A DNA stretch of 39,820 bases from Candidatus Kaiserbacteria bacterium RIFCSPHIGHO2_01_FULL_55_37 (GTDB lineage Bacteria; Patescibacteriota; Minisyncoccia; Phycocordibacterales; UBA2100): positions 363 to 40,182 of the forward strand of contig MFKY01000023.1 in NCBI GenBank assembly GCA_001781175.1. The letters run 5' to 3'. The notes under the pieces were generated by a model that was given only the letters and a program-made list of their open reading frames with translations, had not been told where the DNA came from and did no database searches. Both the position numbers and the translations under genes were made by a program. Positions 30,877 to 39,523 of the stretch are shown piece after piece. Position 1 is the stretch's first letter, and each line of letters starts with the position of its first letter.

Positions 30877-32706
30877 CTAGTTGAGCACTACGGAGAACCG
30901 TGTTGTGCCGGTGACATCTACACCGTCCGCAGAGTACGTTTGATATCCGGTCGAAGAAGCGGTAACCGAATAATTACCGTTTGTGAGACCGTCGAAGAAC
31001 GCCTGTCCGCATGCGTCGGTTGTTACGGTAGCGTCGTATGACCCGCCTTTCGTGACACGTACCGTCCCTCCCGCAATCGTCACACCGGAACTATTCTTCA
31101 CATCCACGAGAAGAGAATTGGTCGTTTGTGCGGCAAGAAAGAGCTGAATGGAGCGCGACGTGTTCGGCGCGAGCACGACCGGCTGCGGTGCGCACGACGA
31201 TGCAATATCATATCCGGTTGAAACCGCGACAGAGAGCGTATATGCATCCCACTCGAGATTCGAGATCGTCAGGGCCCCCGAAGAATTCGTCGTGAGCAGT
31301 TGATCGTATTTGTAGACGGTTCCGCCCGGCCCCGAACCGATTACTTTTGCCCCCCGCATAGTGAACGGAATTGTTATTCCCTGTCCGCTTTCATACGTCA
31401 GGCTCCATTCCTCGATAGAGGGTGACGGGGCATTGGGATTTTGCGCGACGAGATACGCATACAAGACCAGGCTCGGGTACGTGTCCGCGGGTACACCGCG
31501 TAAGTCCATAGACGTGCCGGACGAAAAACCGGCACTGTTGCCCGGGAGGACCGCGTCAGGGATGAGCGTGAGGCCGCCACCCGTCGGGTAGTAGACGTGG
31601 TAGGTGATGCTCGTCTCGGAAGGCTGTGTATCGTTCCAAGAAAAAGTCCCCCAGCGCGAAAGTGCGACGGGGGTAATTGTCTGCGAATAGAGATTGGCGG
31701 GTGTGGTCCACGGCTGGATACCCTCAAAGCGCGCGCGGTTGCCGCTCACTTCTATGTGGTCCGTCGAAGCGACTATTTTACTCTCGTCCGCAAAAGAGTC
31801 TGACCAGGAGTTCGTCGTGCGTGAGTACGTGCTGACGGCGAGGGAAGAAACCGCATCTATCGCGAAGGTCCCCGTGGTCGTTTGATTATGCGAAACTGTC
31901 AGATGCCCCGGGTCCGGGTCCGTGTTTTGCGCCGTGACACCGTATGTCTGCGCGGTAGAATAGCCGCTCTTCGTTGTCACAATCTGATAGCCGGAAGCCG
32001 CCGGCGCGCCGATGAAAGAAGCCGTCCCGCTCGCATTGGTGAATGTATTAATGGAAATCGCAGGCGTAGTCGATGGGTTAACTATGGAAACCGATGCTCC
32101 GGCGAGCGGTTGAGAACTCGCGTCCACGGCATTAATCGTGAGCGTGCCGCACGGTGGCGTACACGCTATCTCCATGCCTGAAGGCGGTTCGTACCGGGAG
32201 ACAAGTATGATGTGCCGGTCGCCGGTGCGCGAAGTCCACAAGACATCCACTTTCGCGACTTTGTAATCGCTCGTAATGCCGTTCACATCCGCAGCTCCCG
32301 TGCCGTCTTTCGGGTCGTCAGCGTATTCGACGATGGTGCGGCGCGTGAACGGAATGCCGTTGAGAGTGACCGGTTCGGATTGCGCTATCGCGCCCGGCGG
32401 AATGCCGCCGGAGGTGCCGATTGCGGCATAGGTGAGACTCCGGATGTATTCCATGCGCTCATTGGCGAGTGCGATAGCGCTCCCGCGCGCCTTATTGTTC
32501 GTCACGACATCCACCGCCAGCTTAAACGCCGCGGCAATGCCCAGGAAAATCACGAGCATGAGCGCCGTACCTACGACGGTGTCAATGAGCGTGACGCCTC
32601 TCGATCTCGTAGCCCGTAAAGGACTGCGATTTGTCGCCGCGCTTTGCGCGGACAAATCGGGAGCTTGTAGCTTGTAACTTGTAGAAAGATTTATTTTCAT
32701 TTGCAT
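30877..32706 (-). CDS. Very large prepilin-like minor pilin (PilV-like N-terminus) carrying CarboxypepD_reg-like beta-sandwich domains (609 aa)
   Basis: SRG|VTLIDTVVGTALMLVIFLGIAAAF has Asp at +5. GTLTINAVDASSQPLAGASVSIV..SGYQIVTTKSGY and GGTVRVTKGG..NGNYSVTASSTGY are CarboxypepD_reg-like. The start is uncertain: ATG 32706, or TTG 32655 giving a 20-aa leader. Confidence 0.75.
   Translation of the reverse strand: MQMKINLSTSYKLQAPDLSAQSAATNRSPLRATRSRGVTLIDTVVGTALMLVIFLGIAAAFKLAVDVVTNNKARGSAIALANERMEYIRSLTYAAIGTSGGIPPGAIAQSEPVTLNGIPFTRRTIVEYADDPKDGTGAADVNGITSDYKVAKVDVLWTSRTGDRHIILVSRYEPPSGMEIACTPPCGTLTINAVDASSQPLAGASVSIVNPSTTPAISINTFTNASGTASFIGAPAASGYQIVTTKSGYSTAQTYGVTAQNTDPDPGHLTVSHNQTTTGTFAIDAVSSLAVSTYSRTTNSWSDSFADESKIVASTDHIEVSGNRARFEGIQPWTTPANLYSQTITPVALSRWGTFSWNDTQPSETSITYHVYYPTGGGLTLIPDAVLPGNSAGFSSGTSMDLRGVPADTYPSLVLYAYLVAQNPNAPSPSIEEWSLTYESGQGITIPFTMRGAKVIGSGPGGTVYKYDQLLTTNSSGALTISNLEWDAYTLSVAVSTGYDIASSCAPQPVVLAPNTSRSIQLFLAAQTTNSLLVDVKNSSGVTIAGGTVRVTKGGSYDATVTTDACGQAFFDGLTNGNYSVTASSTGYQTYSADGVDVTGTTRFSVVLN
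32664..32684. repeat. Tandem heptamers CTTGTAG-CTTGTAA-CTTGTAG
   Basis: Read directly from the sequence. They lie in the first 15 codons of the long form of the PilV-like ORF, or in the 5' UTR if the TTG start is used. Confidence 0.8.
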
Positions 32707-32724
32707 TTCCCTGTCAGCTGCAAG

Positions 32725-32748
32725 CTAGCAGCTAGTCCCTAGCAGCTA
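32725..32748. repeat. Direct repeat CTAGCAGCTA x2 separated by GTCC
   Basis: Read directly from the sequence. They occupy the 44-nt gap between the pilC stop and the PilV-like start. Confidence 0.8.
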
Positions 32749-32750
32749 AT

Positions 32751-33968
32751 TTAGATATTTTGCGATAGAGAGTAGATGGGGGTTATCATCGCGACCGCGA
32801 AGAACCCGACCGCTCCTCCGATGATGAGCATAAGGAACGGCTCGATGATGGTCGACATATCCTTGGTTTTGCGGTCCACTTCATCCTCATAAAATACCGC
32901 CAGACGCTTCAGCATTTCGGCGACCTGGCCGGTCTCCTCACCGACCGCCATCATTTCCCCGACGAATGCCGGATACAGGTCTTCGCGACGAACGAACGCC
33001 GCCGCGAGCGATTGTCCCCCGCTCACACCCAAAGACGCGTCTTTGACGACCGCGCGGAAATAGGAATTTTGTACGACCTCACCCACGATATCGAGCGAGG
33101 TGATGACGTCAACACCCGACGAGAGGAGCGATGCGAGCGTGCGCGATGTGCGTGCGGCATTCACTTCGCGCACCATCGGTCCGATGAGCGGTAAACGCAG
33201 GAAGAAAAAATCCAATCCGCGTTTTCCCCATGTGGTACGTGCCGCGACATAGATAAGCGCACCGATGCCGGCGATACCGCCAAGCGCCACAAATGTGTAC
33301 TCCACGAGAAAATTGCTCACACTGATGACGAATTGCGTCGACGCCGGAAGCTCCGCTTTCATTTCCGCGAACGTCTGCGCGAGTGTCGGCACGACCTCTA
33401 TCATCATGAGTATGCCGATGCCGAATATGGCGAAGAGGATGACGCACGGATAGATGAGTGCACCGCGGATTTTTTTCTTGAGAGAGTACATCCGTTCCAT
33501 CTGGTCCGATATCACCTGGAGCGACGCGGCAAGGTCTCCTCCCTCTTCGCCCGCGCGCACCATCGCCACAAATAATTTTGAGAATACGCGCGGATATTTT
33601 GCGAGTGAGTCGTGCAGGGTATCCCCGCGCCGGACGTCCGAGGATATCTGCGATATGACCGACGACATTTTCAGGTTTTTTGTCTGTCGCTCTATTACAG
33701 CCAGCGCCCGCGCAAGCGCTAATCCGGCACCGAGCATCGCGCCCAAATTGCGTGCGAGTAGTATTTTCTCGTACTCGGTGATGCGCGAGAACATCGCATT
33801 CCAATAATCCATCGAGAGCCACCCGTTTCCTCCCGTCTCTTCCAGAGAAATAATCCTTCCGCCCTCCTGGCGGACGATTCCGTAGAGCTCGAACCGGTCG
33901 GCCGCTGCTGCTACGCCTTTGTAGACTTCTCCGTCACTCTTTTCAGCGGTGTAGATAAACTTCGCCAT
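32751..33968 (-). CDS. pilC: Type IV pilus assembly platform protein PilC (GspF family)
   Basis: 405 aa with two T2SSF repeats and 3 TM segments. LARNLGAMLGAGLAL... and EMMAVGEETGQVAEML are family-typical sequences. Confidence 0.95.
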   Translation of the reverse strand: MAKFIYTAEKSDGEVYKGVAAAADRFELYGIVRQEGGRIISLEETGGNGWLSMDYWNAMFSRITEYEKILLARNLGAMLGAGLALARALAVIERQTKNLKMSSVISQISSDVRRGDTLHDSLAKYPRVFSKLFVAMVRAGEEGGDLAASLQVISDQMERMYSLKKKIRGALIYPCVILFAIFGIGILMMIEVVPTLAQTFAEMKAELPASTQFVISVSNFLVEYTFVALGGIAGIGALIYVAARTTWGKRGLDFFFLRLPLIGPMVREVNAARTSRTLASLLSSGVDVITSLDIVGEVVQNSYFRAVVKDASLGVSGGQSLAAAFVRREDLYPAFVGEMMAVGEETGQVAEMLKRLAVFYEDEVDRKTKDMSTIIEPFLMLIIGGAVGFFAVAMITPIYSLSQNI

Positions 33969-33975
33969 TCATATA

Positions 33976-33981
33976 AGTATA
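33976..33981 (-). promoter_or_regulatory. -10-like TATACT, 7 nt upstream of the pilC ATG
   Basis: Read directly from the sequence. No SD is present. It follows the terminator at 34137..34161. Confidence 0.45.
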
Positions 33982-34136
33982 CCCCGTGAGATAAACACTG
34001 TATCGGTTTTATGCACTTTTTTCTCGCAACATGAAAAGGTGGAGCGAAGTTTTCGAACGAATTTTTATCTCATGGGGTATAACGTGCAATCACACCGGCT
34101 TCGCGCGGAAAATATAAAAACGTATACAAACAGCGA

Positions 34137-34161
34137 GGGCGCGGCAGGTGATGCCGCGCCC
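34137..34161 (-). terminator. Intrinsic terminator after the 34186..34569 gene
   Basis: Perfect 10-bp stem GGGCGCGGCA/TGCCGCGCCC with a 5-nt loop. The minus-sense tail is CUCGCUGUUUGUAUACGUUUUUAU. Confidence 0.65.
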
Positions 34162-34185
34162 CGGGTATATTTGAGGTCCCTTAAC

Positions 34186-34569
34186 TCAGTTGCCACCCAC
34201 GCCGGGTTCCGATTCCGATCCCGGAAAGACGACGGGCGCAGCGCAAATGAACGTGAAGACCGCGGATATGCTGCCAAGAATGATCTGCACCCAGCCGTTA
34301 GTGAACCAGGTTGGGATCAGGCCCCTCAGCGCCGGGCCGGCGTCCCAGCAGATAATCATGAGGACCGTGATTGTTGCCCAGATCAACGTTTCCTTCCATG
34401 CGCACTCTAGAGATTCGGCAAGGAACACCAGCGAGGCGATTAGGGCCGAGAGGAAGATGTTGCGAGCCCACCAGGTAACGACGGCCGGGCCATCCATAAG
34501 ATAACCGACCAGCAACGCAACTAGGGCGATTGCCAGTAGAAAGAGCGCCAAGAATCTGAAGCCTTGCAT
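34186..34569 (-). CDS. Hypothetical 4-TM membrane protein (127 aa)
   Basis: GGAGG lies 6 nt upstream of the ATG and a terminator lies downstream. The protein is hydrophobic. No family was recognised. Confidence 0.6.
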   Translation of the reverse strand: MQGFRFLALFLLAIALVALLVGYLMDGPAVVTWWARNIFLSALIASLVFLAESLECAWKETLIWATITVLMIICWDAGPALRGLIPTWFTNGWVQIILGSISAVFTFICAAPVVFPGSESEPGVGGN

Positions 34570-34707
34570 TGTCTACCTCCGCCTTTAATTCTTTGACCAG
34601 CCACCACGAGTCGCAGGACTCGTTGACCAATCGGATTGAAACACGGGTAGTCGATTGTGTCGACCTTACCCTTCTCGGTGATGACGCGTAGCGCTTGTTT
34701 CTCGGTA

Positions 34708-35895
34708 TTACGCAACTCCACTTGGCACCTGCGGTTCTGTCGGAGTTTTTCCGAATCCGCTTCGCGCGGTGAGCGCGAAGAGAGCAACGATGACGAGCGC
34801 CGCAAATCCGATACCTGCCCACGGAATCCACGCGTATTTTTCGGTAAGCCGGCTTTCTTCTTTGTCGCATATGTCACCAACGCCGTCGCTGTCGGCATCT
34901 GCCTGGTTGACGTTGGGATTGTCCGGACAATTGTCGCGGACATTCGGTATACCATCGCGGTCAAAATCTTCGCACACGTCCCCGAGCCCGTTGCCGTCAA
35001 TATCCGCCTGGTCGGCATTCGCCGTAGAAACGCAGTTGTCGCGCGTGTCCGGTATGCCGTCGGAATCCGAGTCGGCGGGTATGTAGCCCGGATTCGACTT
35101 GGAAACGGACGCGGCGACCCGGCGCACGTTTCTGCTGTCCGCGAGATTGCCGGATTCTCCGGAGGGGACGACTACGCTTCTGTCGGCATTGAAGTAGATG
35201 CGGTACGAGTGGTCCGGCTGGGCAAGAAAACGCAGCGAGCGGCTTCCGACCGGTACATTGTCTTCCGCCAACTGCAATTCGCGGATGCGCAGCGGTTGCA
35301 CGTGCGTGAGCTCGATTACCCAGCTCCGCGCCCTCGTCTGGGGAAAGCGAAACGCCGTCGAATCGAGAGTGCGTTCAGAGACGACGACTTTTTCCGGTCC
35401 ACTTGAGTCGGATGCGCGTATTGCGATGGTTACAGGTAATGCGACATTGTCCGCGAGCGCGATAGTCAGGGCCGATGAGGTGACCGGCACTGCCGCAGTG
35501 AGTGTGATGACCGTCCGTATCGCCGTATTTCCGGGAACTTCGAACGACGCGTAAGAGACGGGGTCATTATCGGCGAGGGCGGCAACGTTTGCAGTCGTAT
35601 CGTTGCTGACGGCCGTAAAAGTCGCGGACTTGTTCGTTTGTAAAAAATAGGAAGGCTCGAAACGGTTCGTTCCGGTGTCCTGTACGGCGAATTCGTAACT
35701 TTCCAAAAAATCTCTGTCCAGCGGCACCTCTACTACCGTCGGCACAACTATGCGTATCAGTGTCTTTGGTACATCCTTGAGTTGCCGGTAAGCACTGACT
35801 ACGTTCTCTTGCGCATAGACCACCGACACGGCGGCGAAAAAAAGTGCGGCAGCTACGATGACCCACAACCGGAGACGGGATGTCGCGTTATACAT
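34708..35895 (-). CDS. Signal-peptide protein with beta-rich N-domain, thrombospondin type-3 (Ca-binding) repeats and C-terminal TM anchor (395 aa); possibly DUF3999-like
   Basis: Trimmed to ATG 35895 (MYNATSRLRLWVIVAAALFFAAVSVVYA). DSDGIPDTRDNC..DQADIDGNGLGDVCEDFDRDGIPNVRDNCPDNPNVNQADADSDGVGDICD are TSP3 repeats. The start overlaps the upstream stop by 8 nt. Confidence 0.85.
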   Translation of the reverse strand: MYNATSRLRLWVIVAAALFFAAVSVVYAQENVVSAYRQLKDVPKTLIRIVVPTVVEVPLDRDFLESYEFAVQDTGTNRFEPSYFLQTNKSATFTAVSNDTTANVAALADNDPVSYASFEVPGNTAIRTVITLTAAVPVTSSALTIALADNVALPVTIAIRASDSSGPEKVVVSERTLDSTAFRFPQTRARSWVIELTHVQPLRIRELQLAEDNVPVGSRSLRFLAQPDHSYRIYFNADRSVVVPSGESGNLADSRNVRRVAASVSKSNPGYIPADSDSDGIPDTRDNCVSTANADQADIDGNGLGDVCEDFDRDGIPNVRDNCPDNPNVNQADADSDGVGDICDKEESRLTEKYAWIPWAGIGFAALVIVALFALTARSGFGKTPTEPQVPSGVA

Positions 35896-37642
35896 TGTGT
35901 TCAGGGACGACCGCCGGTTGCTTGCGCACGCGTCCAAGGAAAGCCGTGCTCATCAGGAGCGCGCCGACGAGGAAAAAAGTAATAATGCGGCCGGTAATTT
36001 CCATCTGCCAAACGTCCACGATAAGCAAACGCGCTACCACGAACACGAGTAGCGTACCTCCGTATACCCGCAGGCCTTTGCGTGAGTGCGTTGCTCCTTC
36101 AATGTACGCCCAGATGCCGACTACGGTGTAAATAATGAGCGAGATCATCACGGCCATATCCGGATTTTGCGGCAATATGCTGTGCAGCGAGAGCCATATC
36201 ATGATGAAGGCATAACCGGACCCGGCGATGAGTATCGCATTGTTCGCACTGATGACCTCTTGTGAACCGGAGAGATGAGCCGACTTCCAGAATGCGCCGC
36301 CCAGCCCGAATAAAGTGAGCGTGAGTATTAATAGTACGAAGAAATGTTGATTCAATAGCGCAACCTGCCATTCGCTCGAGAGGATGCTCGGTATCGAAAG
36401 CATGGCGGGGCCGATGAGCAGCAGCATCGAGCGCTGCGCGGCCGCGACGTCGCGTGTGATGCCGAAGAGCACCGCGGCAACCGCAGCGGCTTCGAGCGTG
36501 TAAGCTATCGTGAGTACGGCACCATCCAGCTCGACTGCGGTTGCAGCCGCGATGTAGCCGACGCCTATTGCCGCGTACAGGTAGAGTGACTCCCGCTGTC
36601 CGCTCACACGGAACACCAGGAACGCTCCGACGACGAATGCCGCGGCCCATGCGGCCATGATAAGACTTTGGAATTCTGTCGGTGCGGCGAGGTATATCCA
36701 CGCAAGTAAGAAAATCGCGTTGCCCGCCGCCGTGACGAGGTCCGGCACGGCATCACTGCCCTTCAGACGCAGGAGTCCGGCCGTGTTTGTGATGTAGAAA
36801 ACGGCTCCGAATGCGTAGGCAAAGAGCAGCAGCGTCGCCCTGTCCGCACTTTCAAGTCCGACGAGGACGGGAAGGCTGTAGAGCGCGACTAGAACGAGCG
36901 CGGTGGTGGTCACCTCACGGTAGCCTTTCCATATCACTATCCATACCGCACCCAATACGACGATGAGCAAGTACCAGAAGAGGCCGATGTAGTCGGATGT
37001 CGGCGAATGAGCAAGTATAGGCGCGAGACCTGCAAGCGCGACGCTCGCAATAGCAAGTTGTTTGCGGTTGTACACACCGCTCGCGAGTGCCACGAACACC
37101 GACGTGACGAACATGAGGCCGAGTGCACTCGCCGGAGTAAAGAAATCATAGAAACTGCGCGCCGCGTAGGTCGTGAGCAATATCACGGTCGCGCCGAGGA
37201 CGACGAAAACGCTGCCCTGCGCGACATAGGCGCGCATTCGCCACCATCCGAGCGCCAAGATGAGAGCGCCGAGTCCGAGTCCGAGCGAGATGCGGCCCGC
37301 AGGTCCTATCCAGTTATTGAGGAACGCATATGTCGCAAGCCATCCGAATCCGATGAGAAGCAGCATCGCGCCGAGCTTGAGCAACCAGTTCTCCTTCATC
37401 CATTCTATAAAACGGCCGTCACCGGCAGGGGCTGGTGCCGCGGTAGGTACCGGCTGTGCCTGAACTCCCTGCGCTGTCGCCGCCTGCACCTGAGACGCGG
37501 GCATTGCGGTACTTGCAGAAGCGGACGCAGCCGGCACAACCGGCCTCTCTTTTATCTTTTTTTCGAGCTCAATGACGCGGCCGCGCAAGTTAAAAACCGC
37601 AATGAGGAGCGCGAGGACAATGAGTGTTTCCAGAAACCCCAT
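35888..37642 (-). CDS. DUF2339-like polytopic membrane protein (584 aa)
   Basis: Start set at ATG 37642 (MGFLETLIVLALLIAVF). An N-terminal helix and an acidic/basic linker are followed by about 14 TM helices, with RFIEWMKENWLLKLGAMLLLIGFGW typical of DUF2339. Confidence 0.8.
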   Translation of the reverse strand: MGFLETLIVLALLIAVFNLRGRVIELEKKIKERPVVPAASASASTAMPASQVQAATAQGVQAQPVPTAAPAPAGDGRFIEWMKENWLLKLGAMLLLIGFGWLATYAFLNNWIGPAGRISLGLGLGALILALGWWRMRAYVAQGSVFVVLGATVILLTTYAARSFYDFFTPASALGLMFVTSVFVALASGVYNRKQLAIASVALAGLAPILAHSPTSDYIGLFWYLLIVVLGAVWIVIWKGYREVTTTALVLVALYSLPVLVGLESADRATLLLFAYAFGAVFYITNTAGLLRLKGSDAVPDLVTAAGNAIFLLAWIYLAAPTEFQSLIMAAWAAAFVVGAFLVFRVSGQRESLYLYAAIGVGYIAAATAVELDGAVLTIAYTLEAAAVAAVLFGITRDVAAAQRSMLLLIGPAMLSIPSILSSEWQVALLNQHFFVLLILTLTLFGLGGAFWKSAHLSGSQEVISANNAILIAGSGYAFIMIWLSLHSILPQNPDMAVMISLIIYTVVGIWAYIEGATHSRKGLRVYGGTLLVFVVARLLIVDVWQMEITGRIITFFLVGALLMSTAFLGRVRKQPAVVPEHNV

Positions 37643-37707
37643 ATCTGTGCCTGCAGTATGCCACGCATACATGAAGACGCCATACGGCCCTGTTGACGAG
37701 ATTTCCC

Positions 37708-39447
37708 CTACTCCGTGATGACGCGGAGCACTTCTTCTATCGTCGTGATGCCCTGCACCGACTTGAAAAAGCCGTCTTCGCTCATCGTGAGCATGCCCTC
37801 ACTTCGCGCCTGTTTTTCGATAGCGTCTCCCGTTTCATTTTTCATGATGAGTTCTTTGATAGTAGAGGTCACGGGCAACACCTCGTAGATGCCCACGCGT
37901 CCGGAATAGCCGGAGGGCGTTTTGCCGTTTTCTTTCGGCTTGAAAAAAGGAATATTCTTCCACGTGGCGTCGGGAGGAACGGCTTTCTCTTCCTTAAGCG
38001 CTTTCAAGACGACACCCGGATCTATGACGTGTTCAAGTTGTGCCTGTTCGTCCCGCGAAAGTTCGTATTTTTCTTTGTCGGGAGAAAGTTTGCGCACGAG
38101 CCGTTGACCGATAATGACGCGCAGCGTGGAAACGAGCAGGAACGGCTCGATGCCCATGTCCAAAAGCCGCGCGACGGCGCCGGCGGCGGAATTCGTGTGC
38201 AACGTCGAGAGGACGAGGTGACCTGTGAGCGCGGCGTTCACCGCGAGCGAGGCGGTTTCTTTGTCGCGGATTTCGCCCACCATAACGATATCCGGGTCCT
38301 GACGCACGAGGGAACGAAGACCGTTGGCGAACGTGAATCCTATCTCGGGCCGCACCTGCGTCTGATTGACGCGCGCCATCTGATATTCGATAGGGTCTTC
38401 GATGGTCGAGATATTTACATCGGGCGTATTTACGATGTCGAGCAATGTGTAGAGCGTCGTCGATTTTCCGGCGCCGGTCGGCCCGGTCGTGAGAATCATG
38501 CCGGTCGTCTTGCGCATCGCCTCGTGCATGCGTTCAAGCCCGGTTCCGTGGAATCCGATAGATTCGAGCGTGAACCCCGAAATGGAATCGCGTAAAAGGC
38601 GCATGACGATTTTCTCGCCGTAGTAGGTCGGCAAAATGGAAACGCGGAACGATATTTTCTCTCCTCCGCTTTCCGCGCCGAACCGTCCGTCTTGCGGCAA
38701 GCGGTGTTCGTCGAGACGCATATTTGCGAGCACTTTGATGCGCGCGGTGATGGCCGCGGCGGCGTTCTTCGGAAGCTCCATCGCATCGTGCAAGATGCCG
38801 TCGATGCGGTACCGGATAAGGAGTGTTTGTTCGAGCGGCTCGATGTGGATGTCCGAAGCATTTTGCGCATTCGCGTGCCGTATCAAAGTATCGACGATGC
38901 GTACCGTGGGCGTACCTTCCGCTATCTCTTTGAGATTTTCTTCTTTCCCCGCCCCGGCGGCCTTTTCGAGTGCGGCCGTTTCGCGCCCGATGACATCTCC
39001 GAGGTTGTCTTTGAGGCCCTGTTGGTACTGCTTGAGCGCGGCCTTGATGGATGCCACGTCGGTCAGACGCGGCAGGATCTTGAGGTGGGTCTTCTTCTTG
39101 ATAAAATCTATCGCCGCGAGGTCGTCGGTATCGAGCATTGCCACCTCGAGCTCTTCGCCGCGATTGTTGTAAGCGATGATGTTGTTGCGGCGCGCGACCG
39201 GTTCGGGAATGAGGGACAGCACGTCAAGATTGATGGCGGTCCCTATAAGCGACACAAAGGGAATGCCGAGGATGTACGCGTACGTGCGGCGCAGCTCGTC
39301 CTCGCCTATCGCGCTGCGCGCTTTCAAAATATCGCCGACAGGCTGCCCCGATCTTTTTGCCTCCGCCTCCGCCGCGTCAAAATCCTTCGCCGAGACAAGC
39401 CCCGCATCGGCGAGGAATGATTTGAGATGTGTGTCCGAGATGTACAT
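37708..39447 (-). CDS. pilB: Type IV pilus assembly ATPase PilB (GspE family)
   Basis: 579 aa with an N-terminal T2SSE_N-like domain, Walker A GPTGAGKSTT, and Asp/His boxes. Confidence 0.96.
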   Translation of the reverse strand: MYISDTHLKSFLADAGLVSAKDFDAAEAEAKRSGQPVGDILKARSAIGEDELRRTYAYILGIPFVSLIGTAINLDVLSLIPEPVARRNNIIAYNNRGEELEVAMLDTDDLAAIDFIKKKTHLKILPRLTDVASIKAALKQYQQGLKDNLGDVIGRETAALEKAAGAGKEENLKEIAEGTPTVRIVDTLIRHANAQNASDIHIEPLEQTLLIRYRIDGILHDAMELPKNAAAAITARIKVLANMRLDEHRLPQDGRFGAESGGEKISFRVSILPTYYGEKIVMRLLRDSISGFTLESIGFHGTGLERMHEAMRKTTGMILTTGPTGAGKSTTLYTLLDIVNTPDVNISTIEDPIEYQMARVNQTQVRPEIGFTFANGLRSLVRQDPDIVMVGEIRDKETASLAVNAALTGHLVLSTLHTNSAAGAVARLLDMGIEPFLLVSTLRVIIGQRLVRKLSPDKEKYELSRDEQAQLEHVIDPGVVLKALKEEKAVPPDATWKNIPFFKPKENGKTPSGYSGRVGIYEVLPVTSTIKELIMKNETGDAIEKQARSEGMLTMSEDGFFKSVQGITTIEEVLRVITE

Positions 39448-39456
39448 ATCTCTAAT

Positions 39457-39462
39457 AGTATA
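39457..39462 (-). promoter_or_regulatory. -10-like TATACT, 9 nt upstream of the pilB ATG
   Basis: Read directly from the sequence. No SD is present. Confidence 0.45.
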
Positions 39463-39523
39463 TCAGCGCTTTAGTGCAGATTCCTTGGAAAAAGGCTGTT
39501 TTCTGTGAACGGGCGAGCTACCC

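Noticed and set aside
33109-33822. 237-aa minus-strand ORF in a second frame of pilC
   Set aside because: It is same-strand, out of frame and within the well-conserved PilC CDS. Its product is Arg-rich noise.
34657-35406. 249-aa plus-strand ORF antisense to the TSP3-repeat gene, and 34298..35018 minus-frame ORFs
   Set aside because: They overlap a CDS that has clear TSP3 repeats, a signal peptide and a TM anchor. No independent signals support them.
37693-39420. 300-aa and 242-aa plus-strand ORFs antisense to pilB
   Set aside because: Both overlap the strongly supported PilB CDS. Their composition (R/D/G/F runs) is not protein-like, and neither has start-site signals.
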